DNA of 64,000 nucleotides, taken from NCBI RefSeq assembly GCF_009914755.1, contig NC_060930.1; one strand, 5' to 3'. The notes beneath the pieces are model-generated. The model was not told where the DNA came from. It saw only the letters and a program-made list of their open reading frames with translations, and made no database searches. Of the stretch, positions 57,027 to 64,000 are shown piece by piece (the stretch's first letter is position 1; the number at the start of each line of letters is the position of its first letter). The stretch is from the human T2T-CHM13v2.0 reference genome, Homo sapiens. The position numbers were made by a program, and so were the translations under genes.

Positions 57027-59006
57027 TGAAATTTTTCCTTCCTCTCTCATCAGTGATATTTTTTCTGCCTCCAAGGTTATTGATGCCCTTGTGTCTGAAA
57101 ATACATAAAGTGTTGCCCCATCCCCCTTCCTCTTCTATAAAATATATAAACCTGTTGCCCATTCTTCAGAGTCCTGCCCTAATTACACTCAGCTAATTCA
57201 CATCATTATCTATGCATTAACTATCTATTACATACATAACATATCCATCCTGGGAGCTCAAAGTTAAGCAAAATATATCTCTGTGTAATCTCTTATCCTT
57301 AGGAAATTCTTTGGCAGAATCAGCCCTGCTGCGGAAAAAAAAAAAAAAAGGCAGACTGTGATCATCCCTCTGGTCCTGAATGGAGTGAATGAGACAAAAT
57401 CTTGTTTTCACAGTTCAAGTTTCTTTGCAGGTATAGATGCTAGCCAGTAGAAGAGGTAAAACAATGTAAATGAACAAGGACGTGGTGATTTTGACTGAGC
57501 CTATGGAAGATAATATGGACTCAAGCTAGCCATTATATACATACTCAGTTTCCTTGCTTCATGACTGCTCCCACTGTCTGTGGCACAAATTCTTCCTGAA
57601 TACCAACCTGAACTTCTGCTCAGAGGAGTTTACGGACACCATGTGTGACACCACCTCTAATTAACGTGTGCATGGATTTTCTTCACTGTAATGGCATTAC
57701 CATGAGGAAGAAGCCTGTTGCCAGGGCAACAGTACTGTGGATTCTTCCCAGTGCAGTCACTGCTGAAAACTTCATCTTCCAGAACTTTCCCAGTTTTTTT
57801 GATGAATAAAATGTTTTGATCAAGAGTGTAAACCTACTGCCCTTACTGACTGGTTTCTCTCCTTATTTTGTTGTGGTTTGGTGGTGGTGATGGTGATTGT
57901 CATTGATGTTAGCTTTTGGTTGTTGTATTATTATCGTTTTTTTCTCTCTATTTTTACTCAAGAGGGAGCTGATCTGTATGGTTTCCCTGAATGTCTTCAT
58001 GATTTTAATTTTTGTAATCTCCACTAATATTCATTCCGTCTATAAAACAAATCCTTTCCTGAATTTTACTTGTTGTCAGTTTTCCCAATTCAACATGACT
58101 CAATCTCTGAAAGTATCTTCTTACTCTTATTGTCTCTCCATAAAAGAGTATATTGCAGTTTTTCTCTGCATGTCCTTCTTGCCTTTCTTTTTAACCACAT
58201 TACTTTGCTACATTACTTTAAAGCTAATATTCAAAACATATATTTTTATAATTGCTTTACAATTAAATACATAGAACTACATAAAATATCAACTCTCCAA
58301 TTCATTCTGTCAAAGAATACTTTTAATAAGCTCCAAGCATTTCATTGAGAAGCAATACTTTTTAAACCTCACAGATAAGACCTACTCCTTTTTCTTATTT
58401 CTAATTGTGCCTGATTTCTTCCAGTGTTTCCCAATGTAGTTTTCATTGCTAAGTCAGAATAAATTCAAACTTTCTTGCTATGTGAAAGCTGAAATGTAGT
58501 TCCTACTTTGAAGTGTTCTCTGGGTAGGAATAAAAATATTCCACATGTTAACACTTTGCATTCTCTCATTAGAATTTTATTCAGATTTTACTGCATGTTG
58601 AAATCTTCAGAGCTCAATAAGTAGCAGCCTTCTTTCCTACTCAGGATATGAACAAATTGTGAAATAAGTAAGACACAGAATTGACAGATCAGAGACCAAA
58701 ATACTATATTTCAAAAAATCTAATACTTCATGGGCTGGAAGACATTTTGCAATTTCAGAAATGATAAATGTGAAAAGTACATGATAGTTGCTGAAATGTG
58801 CTATACCCTGTACCACTGATAAAGGTAGGCTGTGGGACATCATTTCTGCCTTTAAAAGAGTATCTCTACCAATCAGAATCACAAAATTAGACTCCCAGGC
58901 AGTGACAGGCAAGGCTGGCCTGGAGCAGACCTCCTCCACAAGGAGGGAGAGTTGGTGCAGCCCAGACAAGACTTGCAGCCTGAAGAAACAGAAAACACCT
59001 GAACCA

Positions 59007-59360
<354 letters not shown>

Positions 59361-59438
59361 TTACTGGCAATCTGCTTTTCAGAGTAGCATGCAAGAGGAG
59401 GAGGCTGGACCTCTCATGCCTGTTGTCTCCTTCTAAAC

Positions 59439-62195
<2,757 letters not shown>

Positions 62196-63039
62196 TGATC
62201 TTAGCAAACTCATCCCTGTTCTACCTGTCCCAGACAAGGAATAATTGAAGTATAAAGAGAAGTCAGGAATGTTCTAGCAAGAGTTTTGTTCCTTCCACAT
62301 GGAATAAAATATAGGAAAGAATAATAAGCATTCCATCCCTGTCCCACCACACTCCTCCTCCCAGAATATCCTGTAATTTTCTATATAGTCTGCCTGTAAA
62401 GAGTCTCAGCTACAACACATGCACAAACCAGCAAGCCTCTAAAAAAAGTCTTGAGGTTACAGTGACTAGAGATTGTTGTTTAGGAACACTGCTCCAATAC
62501 CCTCATACAGATGTATGAAAGGCAGTTACTTCTTTCCTACAAAAGGGACAACAATGACATCCACCTTCCATGAAGGCTATATGCTAGCTACGCCATGGTC
62601 TTGGACCCAGTTTGCTATATAAACTCTTATTTCCAAACAACCACATGACATTTTATGGAACTATTATATTTTGTCTCATAAAGGACTACCACAATTTTAC
62701 CAGCTGGGTCACGAAAGGATAAGTTATTTAACTAGTCCACAAAAAATGAGCCCTGATGATCTGGTTACAGAAAACATGGGAAGAGCAAAATACTTTATGC
62801 AAAATTCCCACATCGTTTGCATGTCTTTCTGCATTTCCATTTTCTATTAAAAAAATCTATCTCCATATTTTATAGTTCTTTGATTTGCTAAAACTGCAAA
62901 GTAGGATACATGTCATTTGGGTTACATAATACATATCCTCTCCTGTGTGGGATATTCGAAACTGAAGTACATTACACACACTTTTGAACATGGTGTGCTA
63001 GTTTTCCTATTTCAGCACAATCATGAACATATAGCTCCT

Positions 63040-63460
63040 CAACAATCTTAGCTTGTTCCAATTGACTATAATTTTTATCTTTCTGATGCTCAAATGTTAA
63101 CAGCTGGGCCACTAACAGCCTTTTAAAAAATGCTGGCCTCTTTGCCCTTTTCAACGAACCCCAGACATCTCTGAAAATATGTTTGCTTTCTTACAATAAA
63201 ATATTTCAGGTCCATCTTTATCAGTTATGCCTCAAGACATGGTATTAGCTATTCTCCCAGGAGTTATAGTTGCCTTAGCAAATGATAGTAATTCTGAAAA
63301 CTGGGGTTAAGAGGGGCATAAAAAGAATTCCCATTGAGTACTTGCAGTGAACACAGTAACTCCAGAAAAGAAGAAGAATATTTCCTTTAGGTTATGAGTT
63401 TATATTGACATTTTCAAATTACCGCTATCTTTTCTCAATTTGTTTTTCTATTGAACTTGG
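63040..63460 (-). mobile_element. L1MC4/5-like 3' UTR fragment
   Basis: tttcaggtccatctt..ggtattagctattctcccaggag resembles the same motif as at ~19950; very diverged. Confidence 0.4.
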
Positions 63461-64000
63461 CTAATATAAACATTTGGCAATCCAGTTTTTCTGTTCTATT
63501 GACTACCACTTCTATCTCCTTTGTCTAGTATCCTTCAAGTACCATTTCTATATACTGCATCATACCAAACCTTTCTATTAAAAACTATATATTTTTCTAT
63601 TTTCCTCATTGACTTTCAGCCAATGCATCCTAGAATTGACCCCAAAGTGTACAGATTAAATGATTTTCTCTGTCAGTATTATCGGAAAACATTACTTTCT
63701 ATTTGCAAAGAAATGAAAATGGCAATCTAACCCAGGGGATACCAGGTAATTCGAAAGCAAATGTGCCTAACACTATGCATGGACTTCCTCCCTTTGCTTA
63801 ATAAAAGTCATCAATGAAATACAGAATACAGTAAAATACTGACTCTAAAAGTTTTGTCCTTTAAGCTTCACTGTCTTTCCCTTTGGCTTTATTTTCTTGT
63901 TTTATTACTTTGTCATTAGTATTTTGATTCCTGAGGTCAGTTCAACTATAATTCTGTTTACCTTTTATTTAAACATCTACTATTGTCATTACAAGTAACT

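Overview
AT-rich, repeat-dense primate genomic DNA, almost certainly human because it carries AluYb8 and AluYd8 copies. It is intergenic or deep-intronic. I find no intact protein-coding gene, rRNA, tRNA or CRISPR array, and the supplied ORFs are Alu/L1/LTR read-throughs or chance frames. The one gene-derived sequence is a 5'-truncated, decayed processed pseudogene of ferritin light chain (FTL, ~25251-25774, +), which the ORF track misses. Large elements: a decayed ERV-L provirus remnant (~12.8-17.2 kb, -) with a nested MLT2A LTR; a near full-length ancient L1M (~40.0-50.7 kb, -) carrying nested L1PA, THE1A, MER6 and a complete MST provirus; a second MST-type provirus (59.4-62.2 kb, -) carrying an AluYb8; and four co-oriented Tigger3a MITEs. 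The most unusual structure is at 36.8-37.9 kb: a 258-bp inverted copy of nearby unique DNA inserted inside an Alu, flanked by a ~71-bp duplication of that Alu and next to an (AT)21 tract, which looks like a template-switch scar. A tailless L1 ORF1 fragment captured inside an MLT1B LTR (29.56-29.73 kb) is a second repair-type scar. I see no evidence for a new multi-gene system. Repeat subfamily names come from recalled consensus sequences, and boundaries of old elements are approximate.
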